From contig MU053432.1 of the NCBI GenBank assembly GCA_013239625.1, positions 189,940 through 253,939 on the forward strand: a stretch of 64,000 nt of DNA, in the 5' to 3' direction. Made by a program: the position numbers and the translations under genes. The DNA comes from Lama guanicoe. Lineage: Eukaryota. This document shows, in pieces, positions 24,635 to 38,237 of the stretch. Each line of letters begins with the position of its first letter. Position 1 is the first letter of the stretch. A model generated the notes under the pieces. It did not search any database. It was not told where the DNA came from and saw only the letters and a program-made list of their open reading frames with translations.

Positions 24635-25589
24635 CAGGCCTTTTTATTCCTCTGCATTCACAACACTTTGTTACTAAATGTATGTGTTTTCCCCTACACC
24701 AACCAATTCTCCCATTTCCTAGACACCAACTGAGTGTCCTACAATTCAATTTTGACATTAACTATTCAGAGTTAGTGCAGACCCCACAGGCTAACATCAA
24801 AGTCTTACTTGATTGCCTCCAACTTTCAACACCAATCACAAGCCCCAGCTTGTCATCTGTGCTTCTAACCAAATCAGGTTTCCCACTACACCCTTCTGAG
24901 GTTTGATAATTTGGTATAATGGCTCACAAAACTCAGGAAGACATTAACTGACATTTAAAGATTTATTTTTATTTGACACAGCATTGTAAAATTACTATAA
25001 CTCAACAAAAAATGTTAAAAAAAAAAGCAAGAGTGCAAAGAAAGAAAGAAAGAAACAAACAAACAAACAAAGAATTTATTTTTAAAAATATGATAAAGGA
25101 TACAAACAAACAGCAAGATGAAGACACACAATAAGGTGGATTCTGGAAGGGTCCTAAGCACAGGAACTTCTGTCCCCATGGAATTTGGGATGTCACCTTC
25201 CCAACACCTCAATGTGTTCATCAAACCAGAAACATTCTGAACACTGTAGTTTGGGAATTTTTTTGGCAGCTTCAACATGTAGGCATAATCAATTATAGCC
25301 TCAGTCTCTAGCTCCTCTCCCCTCCCCAGAGGATAGGAGGTGGGGCTGAAATTTCCAAGCTTCTAACCATGGTTTGGCCTTTCTGGTGACCAACCAGCAT
25401 CCTGAAGCTATCCAAGATGCACCTCACTAGATTAAAAGATGCTCTTATCATCAAGTTATTCCAAGGGATTTAGGAACGCTGTGTGAGACACTCCTAGCAT
25501 GCCTGTTACTCAGGAAATTGGAAGGGTTTTGGAGTTCTGTGTCAGCAACCAGGAGCAAAGACCAAATATGTATTTCCTATTATGTCACA
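24635..25589. mobile_element. MER21-like LTR, inserted in a MER5-like DNA transposon relic and containing an L1 tail
   Basis: ACACCAACTGAGTGTCCTACAATTCAATT...; ends TATTATGTCACA; the flanks (about 24560-24635 and 25590-25670) read as one MER5-type element. Confidence 0.6.
24972..25068 (+). mobile_element. Ultra-short L1 3' tail with a GAAA/CAAA-repeat tail
   Basis: TTTGACACAGCATTGTAAAATTACTATAACTCAA matches the end of the L1 at about 5619-5665; TSD AAAGATTTATTTTTA / AAAGAATTTATTTTTA. Confidence 0.8.
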
Positions 25590-25689
25590 GTCCCCAGTAA
25601 CTCTTGCAACTAAAAATCCTCACAACTTTCAAAATGCCCCTAGGAACTGTCCCTATTGAGAACCACCATCCTACAGTGAGATCACCAGA

Positions 25690-26900
25690 AGAAACTTACT
25701 TATGCACACAGAGCCCTCATCAGCTTTTGGTGATTGAATCAAACACTATTGAATGAACAGCTAAGGATTCACAGGCAGTTGAAAAAGCCTCCCAAGGTGA
25801 AAAAGAGAGAGAGAACACATAGAATTCTAGATAAAGAAAACAGAAAATTGAGAAGGAAAGCAAATTCTCAAACAAATAATTCATGAAAAATTCTTAATAC
25901 TAAAAGACTTGAATTTCTAGATTTAAAAGGCCCATTGAGTGCTAGCATGAAGAATACAGTCAATATCGTAACATTTTAGAACACCTGGGATAAAGAGAGG
26001 TTTCTTAAGTGAAAAAAAAAGTTATATCAAAATGGCTAAGAATAAGAATGGCCATTTCTCAGCTGTAATACAGGAAGCTAGAAAACCTGGAGCAATGCTT
26101 TCAAAATTCTAAGGGAAAAAAATAACTTTCAGTCTAAAATTCTATATGCAGCTGAATTATCAATCATGTATGAAGATAAAGAAAAATTCAGGCTTGAAAA
26201 GTCTCAAAATACTTTTCTCCCATGCAATTTTTTTTTCTCAGGAAGTGATTTAAGAATGTGATCCCTGAAAATGAGGGCACAAATAAATCCCAAAAGAGAA
26301 AGACATGAGATCTAGGAACTGGAATCAGACATGGGTGACAGTCAAGGGCAGTTTCCAGGATGATGAAGGGAATTTCCAGAGCCATAGCTGCATAACTGGG
26401 CCAGAGGATGACAAACCAGCTTGGAACAAACTAATGAAGGCAGGAAAGTTATCTGAAAGTTACCAGGTAAGTGATCTGATACATTTAACTATGTGAAAAA
26501 TCATGTTGAGAAGCCATCCATTGGAACCAAGACATTTAAGCAAAAGAAGGGAGAGGGGCAGTGGAGGAGCAATTATTAGCCCTAGTAATAGCAGAAAGTT
26601 TATGGGAAAGGAAGCATAATTACAATATAGTCCTTGGCTTTGCAATGAACAGTATTTACATAGTCATAGTAATAGCAATACTGAAAATGAATTTAGCCAA
26701 GATTTACAGTATTGGCATAAAGAAGGAGGAAAAAAGAAAAGAAGAAAGCAAGCTACATTTCACTTAACTTATGAGAAAACCCTAAAATAAGATGCCTAAA
26801 ATTTATGACTCAAACCAATGACATATGTATATCCACAGAAAAAATAGATAAATTGTAAAGAAAAAAGGAACTAAAAATAGTTTTAAAGGCAGCTGTTTTT
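25690..26900 (+). mobile_element. Ancient L1 ORF1 / HAL1-like remnant
   Basis: A-rich; GGAAGCTAGAAAACCTGGAGCAATGCTTTCAAAATTCTAAGGGAAAA...AATTCTATATGCAGC resembles the L1 ORF1 C-terminal region. Confidence 0.6.
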
Positions 26901-27889
26901 CTTCATGAGCCTCCTACATGTTTTAACATTTAAAGCTGTGTGTGTTTCTTAGCTGAAAGTAGAAATTCATCCCAAGACATTAATATGGCTGTGGTGGAAG
27001 TAGTCTGGAAACAGGGTGGGAAGATCTGCTTCGTTCTGATGCTGAGGCAAAGAAGATCAGTCCCTTTGAAAAGGGACTCCCGGTTAGAAAAAGACCATGG
27101 AAGAGGAGGTTTCAGAAAGACCCTGCTGTGCACACCTGCTGTGGCCGTAATCTTCCTCTTACTCAGCAATTTGCCAAGTCAGCAGGAGCAAGACGCTGCC
27201 TTCTTTACTACACAGAGCAACAAAGGGGAAGTGAGTTGTTCAGTAAAGAGGACTGACAACTGCCTCACATGGAGAAAGCCTCAGCCTCCCAAAAGCTTTA
27301 TTTGTTTGTTTGTTTGTTTTTTTCCAAAAGCTTTAAATTACAACTTTGACGGCACTCATCAGGATTCCTGAAGTTGCAACTAGGACAGAGAGCAGTCGCA
27401 GAAGATTCAGGGCGCGTGTTTTTCTCAAACACAAAGAAAGGCTTGGAGTCAGAGTCAACAAATATTCCCAACTATTGAAGCAGATTTGTGGTGGAAAAAA
27501 TGACTAAGAGGCACGTCTATCACTTTAAATCTTGCTCTAAAATGTAGGTTGCCTTTTATATAGAGTGGAGATTAAAAATTATTTAATTACCATTTCAGTT
27601 TTAATGGAGAATTTTATTTTGGTAGGAAAAAAACCCACAAGTGGACTGGGTGGGGTGCCATGGTACTCAGCCATACTTAGGAAAAAGCTGTCTGCTTAGA
27701 TCACAAGCCCACAGTTCAAACAGGTGGCAGCCTTACCTACATTACAGACCTGGGGCATAAGAAGGGACATCACCTTATGGCCTCACCATCCTACACCTGG
27801 GAGTTGATGAGAAACAGCACATCCCTTTGGGGCCTATATTCTCAACCTAGGCCATCTCAAGCCAGGTCTGATTATTTGTATATTATTAG

Positions 27890-28384
27890 TGTTAACTGAA
27901 CACAAGTTCATGTGCCCAAGGGTTCAGTGAGACCAAACACACTGAAACATTGGAGTTTGGAGCAGAGAAAGGTTTATCACAGGGCTGAGCAAGAACAGTG
28001 GCTTGTGCCCCCCCAAACCCTGAGCTCCCCGAAGGGGTTTAGCAAAGAATTTTTAAAAACCAAGTGAGGGAGGTGGGGTCCCAGGGTATGTGGTCAGCTA
28101 CTGCACAATTCTCTGATTGGTTGATGTTGAGATAACAGGGTGGTTAACATGATCGATCCTCGATTGACCAGAAGATCTTGAGGGCTATGGACTGATGATC
28201 ATCAAGTAGTTGATTGCTTCCATTTAGTGGTAGTTTTTAGCATCTGAAAAACTCAACAAATATGCATGAGATACTATTATCAGAGAGGACCTACAGCGGG
28301 GAATTTGGGGGAGAGATCTGTTCCCCATCCCACCCATCCCCACCACCACCCCCAGAAGGCCCCAGGGGGTCCTGTTCAGTTACA
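27890..28384 (-). mobile_element. Solo ERV LTR
   Basis: Inverted termini TGTTAACTGAACA / TGTTCAGTTACA; exact 4-bp TSD TTAG. Confidence 0.85.
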
Positions 28385-28672
28385 TTAGTTCATCACAAAT
28401 TCTGGTTGAGACATTGACATTGACTCGGTTCAGCACACCAGAGTGTTCTGTGTCCTGATATGTTTTAATAACTATTTTATTAAGAACAGTTGAAAATCTA
28501 TGAACTAGAGATTAAGGTATTCATTTCTGAAGAGGTTCTTACCAGACTTTGGTTGGTTTTTCATTACATATTTTATTAACTAGACCTTAAATACCCCTCT
28601 GCCCCAAATACATTTGATTTAACTAAAAAAGACAAGCAGGTGGACAAAGGACATAAACACAGTGTGAGTGTC

Positions 28673-29218
28673 CTGTTGGGGCCCAGGGCAGGCCACTCCA
28701 AAATATGCCTCAATGGCATATTGATTATTTTGAATTAAAATTACTTAAGAAATGGCCAGTGCAAGAAGGACACTTTGACACTCCTTTCTCTCTCCCTGAA
28801 AGCAGGAAATAAATCTCCCATGTGATAGGCACCCTCCGGGTACTGAGAAGTAGAAAGACATTCTTACGACCAGAGAGACAGAGAATCCAAGACCGAGAAG
28901 ACCGTATAAAGAAACTTTGTTACTTCTTTACTAATTTACTGCCCAAGCCCAAACTTTGCTTAAATTTCTTACTAATTAAGCACCCAAAGCCAAGTTCCTT
29001 TGTCCTGTCAATTCCTCTCAAATTAATTGTTCCTTTGTCTAAAAAGTATAAAATCTCCCTGCTTTGGCCACTCCTTAGGTCCCATTTCTATGAGACCTCC
29101 ATGCACATGAACGAAACTTGTCGCTTTTCCTCCTGTTAATCTCTCAGGTGTCCATTTCATTACTAGTACAGCCACAAGAACTCAAGAGTGGTAGAGGGGA
29201 CAATGTCTTCCTCCCTTG
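28673..29218 (+). mobile_element. MER34-like ERV1 LTR
   Basis: Start TGTTGGGGCCCAGGG...CCAAAATATGCC...GGCATATTGATTATTTTGA resembles the MER34 group. Confidence 0.65.
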
Positions 29219-29796
29219 GTAGAATGAGCAGCCCTAAACTCTCAGAGATGTCTTAAATGATTCTCTGTCCCAGCAGGCTTGAAACCACCATCTCAAACTG
29301 CAGAGTTCTCTGTGTCCCAGCTGATCTTCAGCAAAATCTCCTTTCATGATGGATGAAACTTGGAGTTCTCCTGGACTCTGGTTACCGGGACCTGCCTGTG
29401 AATCAGGAAGTAGTCACTCAGGGCACTGTGGGTAAATAAGATGTGAGCATCACGACTGTCCACATCAGTAATCCTTGCAGAGGTCATGGTGGGCTTTAAG
29501 AAGTTACGTGCATGTGAGAAGGAAAGCTCCTGCCTCATTCCCCTTTGTTCATTACCTTCCAGCTTCCTCTAGTAATAACATGCTAGCAACACAACTTTCC
29601 CCATTCCTCAGGAAACCAGTTTCTTTTCAGTTACCACTGACACTAGCTACCATTCATGGAGGGGTTACTGTGTGCCAGGCACATGCCTTGTTTCACTCAA
29701 TTCCTGTAACAACCTCGCAAGAAGAGGGGTAACATTTTCCAGATAAGGAAGCAGAAGCTTTAAGAGGTAGTAACATGCTAGAGACCTGGTAGATGG

Positions 29797-30349
29797 CAGC
29801 ACTATTTACAATAGCCAAAACATGGAAACAACCTAAATGTCCATCGACAGGTGACTGGATAAAGAAGTTGTGGCATGTTTATACAAAGGAATACTACTCA
29901 GCCATAAAATGACAACATAACGCCATTTGAGGCAATATAGATGTTCCTGGAGAATGTCATTCTAAGCCAGAAAGAGAAAGAGAAATACCCTATGATATCA
30001 CTCATATGTGGAATCTGAAAAAAAGACGAACTTATTTATAAAACAGAAACAGGCGTATGACATAGAAAACAAACTTATGGTTGCCAGAGGGGAAGAGGGT
30101 GGGAAGGGATAAACCGGGAGTTCTAGATTTGCAGGTACTAACTACTATATATAAAAGAGATAAACCACAAGTGTATACTGAATAGCACAGGGAACTATAC
30201 TCAATATCTTGGAGTAACCTATAATGAAAAAGAATATGAAAACAAACAATATATGTATATGTGACTGAACTATTATGCTGTTCACCAGAAATTGATACAA
30301 CATTGTAAACTGACTATACTTCAATGAAAAACAAATAAAATAAAATAAA
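29797..30349 (+). mobile_element. 5'-truncated L1 inserted in a MIR
   Basis: GCAGCACTATTTACAATAGCCAAAACATGG through to an AAAAT tail; MIR-like sequence on both flanks. Confidence 0.9.
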
Positions 30350-31639
30350 AGTAGGCTACACAACAGTAAATGAATAAATAACAAAGACCATGTAGAGCTG
30401 GTGTTCAAACTTACCCAATCTGAGCGGACATCCTGTTTCTGTTTATTTTTCTCTAAATAAACCTGAGTTGGGTCTCTGTCACTTACAACCAAAAGGATGC
30501 TATCTGATAAAGATTAGTGCGGCAGTGTCCATCAACCACGGGCAAACCATGGAACCACTAAGCAGCAAGGTGGGCAGGAACTGAGTCTCAGAAGTTTCTG
30601 GAGCTGGTGGTTCACAGGCTTCAGGGCTTCACCCCTCATTTCTGGTTTTGGTTTCTTGCACTGAGTGGTTAATGGTATGCTGGACTAAGGTGACTATTTC
30701 TGAGATTACAAGTAATTTTTAATTAGTGTTTTGTCTAGTTTTTTTGTGGGGGGGGTCTGCAATGAATTCACATTTCTTAAATAATTTTTTAAAGTATGAA
30801 AAAAAATGAACATCTAAATGCTAACTGTGCATCACCACTTAACGACTCGTGATCCCAGAAAATATACATGCAGACTCCTGCATGCCAGAGAGTGGACTAA
30901 ATGTGGATGGAAAATATGTTGAAATGCCCCTTATTTTTCTCTGTCTCATTTCCTCTTTCCCTTTTTCCTTCACCCCAACTTAAGGGGTAGCCTTTTTTAC
31001 CTCAGGGGAGGTATGAAGTAAGACGGAAAACCAAAATAGCATACCAAGTACCTTCCTGCCTAGCTTTTATTTCCGAAAGCGTAAGCACCAGAAAGAGAAG
31101 AGGAATTTTAGATGGGGAAGAGGCATGAACAGAAAAGAATTTCCTCCATACTAGGAAAATCTCACCAGGAAGAAGAGTTGGAGGCTGATAGTCTCAGAGT
31201 ATTGACACCAAAGATAAAGCTTTATATATATTTTTTGCTAACATTAAATAATTATCAAAAAAATTGAAGCAACTTTCTGGTGATTCATACACCAAAGAAC
31301 ATATAAATTTATGTGGAAAGCATTGGCGTAAGGCAATATTTCAGCATTACCAACAGAACCACCTAAAAAGTTTTGGAAAGCTTCAAAATGAGGAAAAAGC
31401 CATTGAACCAAGGGTCTGGAGTTATTTCTGTTTTGAAGCCATTCCTTTAACTTTACAGCTCACTAGAGACAGAGAGATTAAGCAAGGAGTGAAGTCCCCC
31501 CTTGAAGATGTTTTTGGGACTCTGCTTTCTTAAAAAGCTTAAGGGAGTTGAACATGTGCATGATAACATTTCCTTTCCCATACAGTTTTCTCTTTTTCCT
31601 AGACTTAATAATTGCCTTATCTTTCTATGTCTCAATTTT

Positions 31640-31812
31640 TTTCTTATTGACGTATAGTCAGTTTACAACGTGTCAGTTTCTGGCATACAGCACAATGCTT
31701 CAGTCATACATGAACATACATATATTCATTGTCATATACTTCTTCACCGTGAGCTACTACAAGATATTGAATATATCTCCCTCTGCTAGACGGTATAAAC
31801 TTGTTTATCCAC
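31640..31812 (-). mobile_element. Short L1 3' tail insertion
   Basis: L1 3'UTR terminus; perfect 15-bp TSD CTATGTCTCAATTTT at 31625-31639 and 31813-31827. Confidence 0.88.
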
Positions 31813-33141
31813 CTATGTCTCAATTTTATCCCCCAAACTCACATAGAACTGTGTAAAACTCCGCTCAACACCAACAAGAGTCTATCAGCTCTTGGCTACA
31901 TCCTTCCTTGCAGTCTCCTCTCCTCCTGCCTTGTGTTCTCACAGTTTGGTGTGTGTGTGTGGGCCCTTATTGAAAACTAGCCCTTTTTTTTGGATAAACC
32001 CTTTCTGTCAGTACCTCTTCTTAGACTGGTCAATTTCTCCCAATAGAAATGATTCCATTTTTTGTTTGTTTGTTTGTTTTAGGCATTTCTGATGATACTG
32101 GTCCGGGGTAAACTGCTAAGTCTGTGGACTCTCACCTAGCGCCACTCTTCTCAGTATAGCAATCTGCTCTGCCCTCTGCTGTACCTTGAGTTCCCAACTC
32201 CAGACCTTCTTCAGCTCAGTCTCTGCAGAGAACACATTTGCTCTAGCCCCTACCAGAGTCAATAATCCCCTGGCTGTGTGGAGTAGGGAAAAGGATACGA
32301 GGTCTAAGGGTTTTATTCAGTCCTCCTGTTTGGAGTCACACCCGGAACCATTTCCTGTGTCTACCTCTGTGTGTCCCTGAACATAGCATGTAGGGGCCTC
32401 TGTTTCTTCTTCTGAACGATGAGGACCTTTGATACACGTGTGGCTGAGGGCCCTCTCAGCCTTGGCCTTCTGTGATCTATGAACCTTCACACAGTAGAGC
32501 TCTCTGCCTAGTGAGTGACATGGACAAGGAGATACAGGAGGTCAGGAAAGGGGAGAGGACAGCAGCACAGAGGGGTAGGGAGATATCAAAGGAAAGGTAG
32601 GACTTGAGAAGAACTAGAGCAGGTTGGAGACGTGGTGAGGAGGGATAACCCCCTTAGGTGGTCCAACATGAAGCTACATTGGGGCAGGATTGTCACAGCA
32701 CTTTTGGAGCCCAGGAAATAGACAGAGGGTTCTAGAGGATGGTGAAGCTGGAGAGGAAACTTGGGTCAGATTGTGAGGAATTTGAATCTCTTCTCTAAAT
32801 CATTTTAAAAATACCAGACCTTATAAACCAGAATGTCAGAGAGTAAAACCCAAAAATCTGCATTTCTTTCAACTTGCCACATGACTCTGCCCAGCTGGAA
32901 GGTCTGGGAACCACTTCCTTAGGCAGTGGACCATGGATGGTTTCTATTCAGGAATCATGATAAAACTGGGAATTTTAGAAAGATGAGTCTGACAACCATG
33001 TGCAAGGTGGACTGGAGGTTGAGGGACAGGAGACAAGGACCCATGGGAAACAATTCCACTACCCCAGGCAGAGGGTCATAAGGGTCTACAGGAGGGAAGC
33101 TGCTAAGGAGAGACAAAGAAATGGAGTGTACCAACCCCATC

Positions 33142-33573
33142 TGTTATGGTTGGAGCTGTGCTACCCCCAAATCCATACGTCAATGTCCTAACCCCTGGTG
33201 CCTCAGAACATGACCTGGTTTGGAAATAGGGTCATCGCTAATGTAATTAGTCAATTCAGGATGAGGTTATTAGGGTGGGTCCTAATCTAATAGGATTAGT
33301 GCACTTGTAAAGTGGAAGATTTGGTCACTGGCACAGACACACATAGAGGGAAGACAGTGAAGAAAAGAAAGAGAAAGAGGGAGAAGATGGCCATCTACAG
33401 ACCAAGGAGAGAGACCTAGAAGAGATTTTCCCCTCACAGCCCTCAGGAGGAACCACCCCTGCCAACACCTTGATCTTGGTCTTCCAGCTTCCAGAGCTGT
33501 GAGGCAATACATTTCTGTCTAAGCTGCTGGACCTGTTGCACCCAGTTATGGCAGCCCTAGCAGAGTAAAATAC
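33142..33573 (+). mobile_element. MaLR LTR (MLT1-type)
   Basis: TGTTATGGTTGGAGCTGTG...CCTAACCCC...GCCAACACCTTGATCTTGG...CCAGCTTCCAGAGCTGTGAG...GGCAGCCCTAGCA. Confidence 0.85.
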
Positions 33574-34929
33574 CCTGTCTTTTTGGAAACACATTCCTGA
33601 ATTCAAGTTTCCTCTTCTTTGCTTTCTCATGAGGAATGATTCCCCAAAGCCATCTCCTGAAAGGACTAGAAACTGGTAGGATTCTCTTCTACCTGAGCAG
33701 TGAGTGGAGGTGGCTTTTCTGGGTCATTGGACACTTGTTCCAAGAACCCACCTGAAAAGTCAAAGAACCAGCTCTAGTGATTGGAGATTCCCATCCTCCC
33801 CACCTGAGGAAGTCATTGGTGCCAAGAATCTCAGACAGTCGGTAAAGAGGAGAAGGGAGTCTCATCTCTGTGGAGCCACTAACGTCCCACTGGTAACTCA
33901 TCCAGAAAGAAAAAGGCCGTGAAGGTGAACAATCCACGAAAAAGGTAAACCCTGGCTCTGTCATTTTATGACTTGGACTTTGCTGAAGTAAACATCCACC
34001 TTGGCCAGATGAAGAATTTCCAGGAACTCCATATATCAAGGTCAATGGCATATGACTGTGATACCAGGGACAGGCATGTCCACCACAGAGCCCTTGGCCT
34101 CCAGCCATTCACTGCCGCCCTTGCTAACATCCTTGGCCCCCTTGGCCCTTTTACCTGCCAATGCTCCCAACCCAACCCCCCCTCTAGGTCACCGGCCACC
34201 TGCTCGCTCCAGAGCTGCCAAGTTGGGCTGCAGAGAGCACCGCAGCTGCACCATGGGGCCTGCTAAGTACTCCCCCTCCCCAAGCACGTCGGGGCCGTCC
34301 CTGCTTTCGCAGTTCTCCATCTGAAATTGGCTTCCTGCTTCTTCCCTCCCAAGTCCCAGCACAGAATTTTCTAGGCTCCACAAATCTCTAGTTTATCCCT
34401 GTGTTTCTCGCTTTCATCTGAGAATTTCATTTTCCTGTGAAGTAAGAAGTCTCCACACATGTATCACCTCAACTCTGTTTCTCTCCTAGAATTTCTCTCT
34501 GTCCACGTCCATCTTTTCCTGGGTTCCTCTTATTTTAGAGAAAGACGTGGTGTTTTTATTCCCTTGCCCAGGCAAACCCTTCTCTACTCTATATTCTATC
34601 CTTCATTATAACATCAATTATTTTATTTATTCTTTTTTAAAAACAAACTTTTATTACAGAAAATTTAAACACATACATATGATCTTATTTACCTTTTGTG
34701 TCTTCAAATTCTTCTGCCGTTCTTGTATGCAAGCTCAGGTCTCCTCTAGCCTTTAAAACAAAAATTTTTTAAACTGTCATCATCTTGCTATTCCCTTCAG
34801 CTACTTCTTAATTTCTTTACATTTTCTTAAATGACCAGATGTGACCAATGAGCTCTTTCCTTTCTCCCCCTTATTTCTAGACTCCCTACAATCTCGCTTC
34901 AACCTCTATCATTCTACTGAAATGCCTCT

Positions 34930-35740
34930 TTTGATTTTTCACCTTTGTTATTTCAAAATAAATTCAGCCTTATGAAAAAGTTGCAAAAATTGTGAAAAGC
35001 ATTTCCATATACCCTTCACCCATCTTCCCCAAATGTTAACATTTTATGTAAACACAGGACACTTATCAAAACCAAGAAATCAATGTTAGTATGATTAACA
35101 AACAACAGACTTTATTCACATTGCACCACTGTTTCACCCATGTCTAATTCCATCCTTTTGAGACAGTTCTTTGCTAAAGCCACCTTGAAGAACATTTTTA
35201 TAAAATTACTAATTTACAGAAATACAAGGAACAGAAGGACAGTAAATGACACCACCATGGGAATACAATCAGCGAAATTCCCTACTGTGGATTTCTTCAG
35301 GAAAAAAAAAACTCAAGGAACAATAGAAGAGATGAAGGGGGAAACTTGTAGTTTAAAAAAGACTTATGAGCAAGAGTAATTAGTTGCGATGTGTGGACTA
35401 TGGATTCCAATTTAAACTAAAAAAAATAATTATAAGACAACTGAGAAACTGTGAACTCTGGATATTTGGTAATCTAAGGAATTATTGGTGGTTTCTAAGC
35501 GTGATCATGTTTATGTTTAAAGAACATTTATTTTAGAGATACCTATTTATATTTATAGATGATAGGACTGCTCCAAAGTAATGGAGTGGGAAGAGTGTGG
35601 GGGGTGTAGGTGAAACAGATTGGCCGTGCACTAAAAATTGTTGAAGCTGAGTGATGGATGAATCAGGTTCATTAAAGTGTTTTCTCTACTTTTGGGAATG
35701 TTTGGAAATTTTTCATCATTAAATGCTTTTTAAAAAGAGG
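34930..35740. mobile_element. Old L1 3'UTR fragments (antisense 34930-35140, sense about 35200-35740)
   Basis: Degenerate L1MC/ME 3'UTR motifs, e.g. GTTGAAGCTGAGTGATGG...TTCTCTACTTTT. Confidence 0.55.
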
Positions 35741-36253
35741 ATTCATCTATACAACATCCCGAAAGTCATTAAAAATACATGTCAATTTTTGCTTCCTTTT
35801 TTCAAATAAACTGAATCACATTGTTTGAGACATGGCAAACGTAAGCGAATCTGAAGATCTCTGTCTCCTCTGAGTCTCGTTGACTCAGGCCACGTCTCTC
35901 TGCTCTGACTCACTCTCAAGTGCTCTGCCCTGCCTGGGCTCTTCTGCCTGAAATTTACCACCTGTTCTTTCTTGCCTCCTCCTGCCCTCTTCCTGATCTC
36001 CCCTGATCCTTCATGCAAGTAGCTCCAAGTTCTTTCCAATATCAAGCAATCCTGCCTTTTGAACTCCTTCCAATTCTCAGCTCTGCCTATCACCCTGCTT
36101 AACTCAACAAGAGCAGAAGAGCCTGGCAGATAACATAGGGGAACACCCCAGTGTCTGTTAATACTCTGTTCATGTTAAAAATGTAGACAGACTAAATAAA
36201 TCTGGGATCACGTTATAGAAATACAATCTGCATCCTCTCTCTCGATCTTATTT

Positions 36254-36279
36254 GATTGATTGATTGATTGATTGATTGA
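36254..36279. repeat. (GATT)n microsatellite
   Basis: About six GATT units. Confidence 0.9.
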
Positions 36280-37558
36280 CGTTATATTATAAGCACTTTG
36301 CCAAATCCTTAAATATTGTTAGAATTTTTTTCAGTTGTCTGAGTTTTTTCAAGTATGCAGAATACTCCACTATACACATGTGCCATAAGGTATTGACCTC
36401 ATTCTCTAGGGTTAGATCCAGTGACCCCTTAGTTGGCAAAGCAGTTTAGTCCTCCTCCTTTTCAACTTTCTGAAGTTCATGATACTAGTGACCATCCTTC
36501 TGCCTTGAAAATTTCCTCCATTGGCTTCTGTAATGTCTCCTCGATCTCCCTTCGTGTTGACCAGCCCTACTTCTGTGACTTGTCTTCCTCCAGCTCCTCC
36601 CCAAGGTTCTATCTAGGTACCCTCTTGGCCCCCTCTTTTCCTCTCTTTCCTCTCTGTCCATGAGTGGGCTCTTTCTCGGCTTCACTGGGACGTATTCCCA
36701 AATCTGTACCCTCAGCCCTTTCCAGTGTTCCAGACGAGCATCTCCCCTGTCAGCTGTATGTGACCGCCAAAATATAGTCCAGTGTATTTCCACCAACTCT
36801 GCTGACCAACCAAAGGGAGCCTCCTTTAACCAGGCCTGCTTGCCTCCTCTTTCTGCCCGCCCATGTTGTGGCTGTCTCCTTGGGGTTCAGCTTGATGCCT
36901 TGGAGTCACTGTCCACTCCTTCCTTCACCCTTCTCTACACCAAGTGACCAAGCCCCACAGAAATCTTCTGAAATGTCTCCCACAGCAATTTCTTACGTTC
37001 CATTCTCACTGCTCCGCTCAGACGTTGAATTTTCACCCCTCCCCCAACTTGCGTTCACCTCCTACTTGGTCTTTCTTCCTCTGTGTTTGTTCTCGCCAAT
37101 CAGTCTTACCTCCAACCACCATATTAATCCTAAAGGAGGGTGGCTTTAATTGAGTGTCCTACCTGTTCAATCATCTTCATCAAGCTCCGCATGACTTACC
37201 AAATTGAGTTTTGACATTTAAGGTCCAGTTTAATATGACCTGTCTAACAACCTCCTCAGTCTTATTTCTCATTTCCTGCCACACATGTCCTGGAGGTGGA
37301 ATAGTTTGGCTCCAGAGTCAGGTCCCAGCCTAGCAGTGCTTTGGCCTTGGATAAACCATCTGAACCTCTGCTTCCCCATCCACATAATGGGAGTATTAGC
37401 AACACCTCCCTCATGAGTTGTTGGGAGGATAGAATGAGATAAAGCACATAAAGAGTAATACCAGGCATACAGTAGGTTCTTAATAAATGTCAGCTGCTGT
37501 TACTGTCACAACATCAGTGCCATCTAAGTAAATCTCTTGGTTTCCCCATGCAAGTTTT

Positions 37559-37693
37559 TTTTAATTGTTTTCTTTATTTTGGGGAGAGGTAATTAAGTTT
37601 GCATATTTAGTTTTGGAGAGGGTACTGGGAATTGAGCCCAGGACCTTGTGTATGCTAAGCATGCGCTCTGCCACTTGACCTACACCCTCCCCC
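37559..37693 (-). mobile_element. tRNA-derived SINE (vic-1-like)
   Basis: Perfect 16-bp TSD TCCCCATGCAAGTTTT at 37543-37558 and 37694-37709. Confidence 0.92.
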
Positions 37694-38067
37694 TCCCCAT
37701 GCAAGTTTTAGAATTTATTTCCCATCCCCCTACTTTTGCTATTACTATGTCTTCTGCCTACAGCTTTCCCCCCATGCCTTCTGAAATCCTGTTCTCCAAG
37801 GCCTGGCTCAGATGCTGTTTCTCTGAAATTTTCCTCAACCACCAGCCAAAGGAGCTCTCTCCTTGCCCCCCTCTATATTCGAGCTCTTTGCCTTCAACAC
37901 TTCTAAGGCATTTACACTGCCTTCTGGTGAGCTGTGTGAATGCTTTATCTTCCTACAAATTAAGGTGGGACTATGTCTTCTTCATATGTAATACCCTCTC
38001 CATAGCCCAGCACAGGGTCTGATACAGAGCTGAAACTTAGGAAACTTTCATCAAAAGGTTAAACGGA

Positions 38068-38237
38068 AGGGGTAAGGGCATAGCTCAAGTGGTAGAGTGC
38101 ACGCCTAGCATGCATGCGGTCCTGGGTTCAGTCCCCAGTACCTCCATCAAAAAAAATAAATAAATAGATAGATAAAACTAGTTACTCCCCCTCAAAAAAA
38201 TTAGAAATTAAAAAAAATTAAATTAAAAAAAGTTAAA
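38068..38237 (+). mobile_element. tRNA-derived SINE (vic-1-like)
   Basis: TAGCTCAAGTGGTAGAG...GGTTCAGTCCCCAGTACCTCC; TSD AAAAGGTTAAACGGA / AAAAGATTAAATGGA. Confidence 0.9.
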
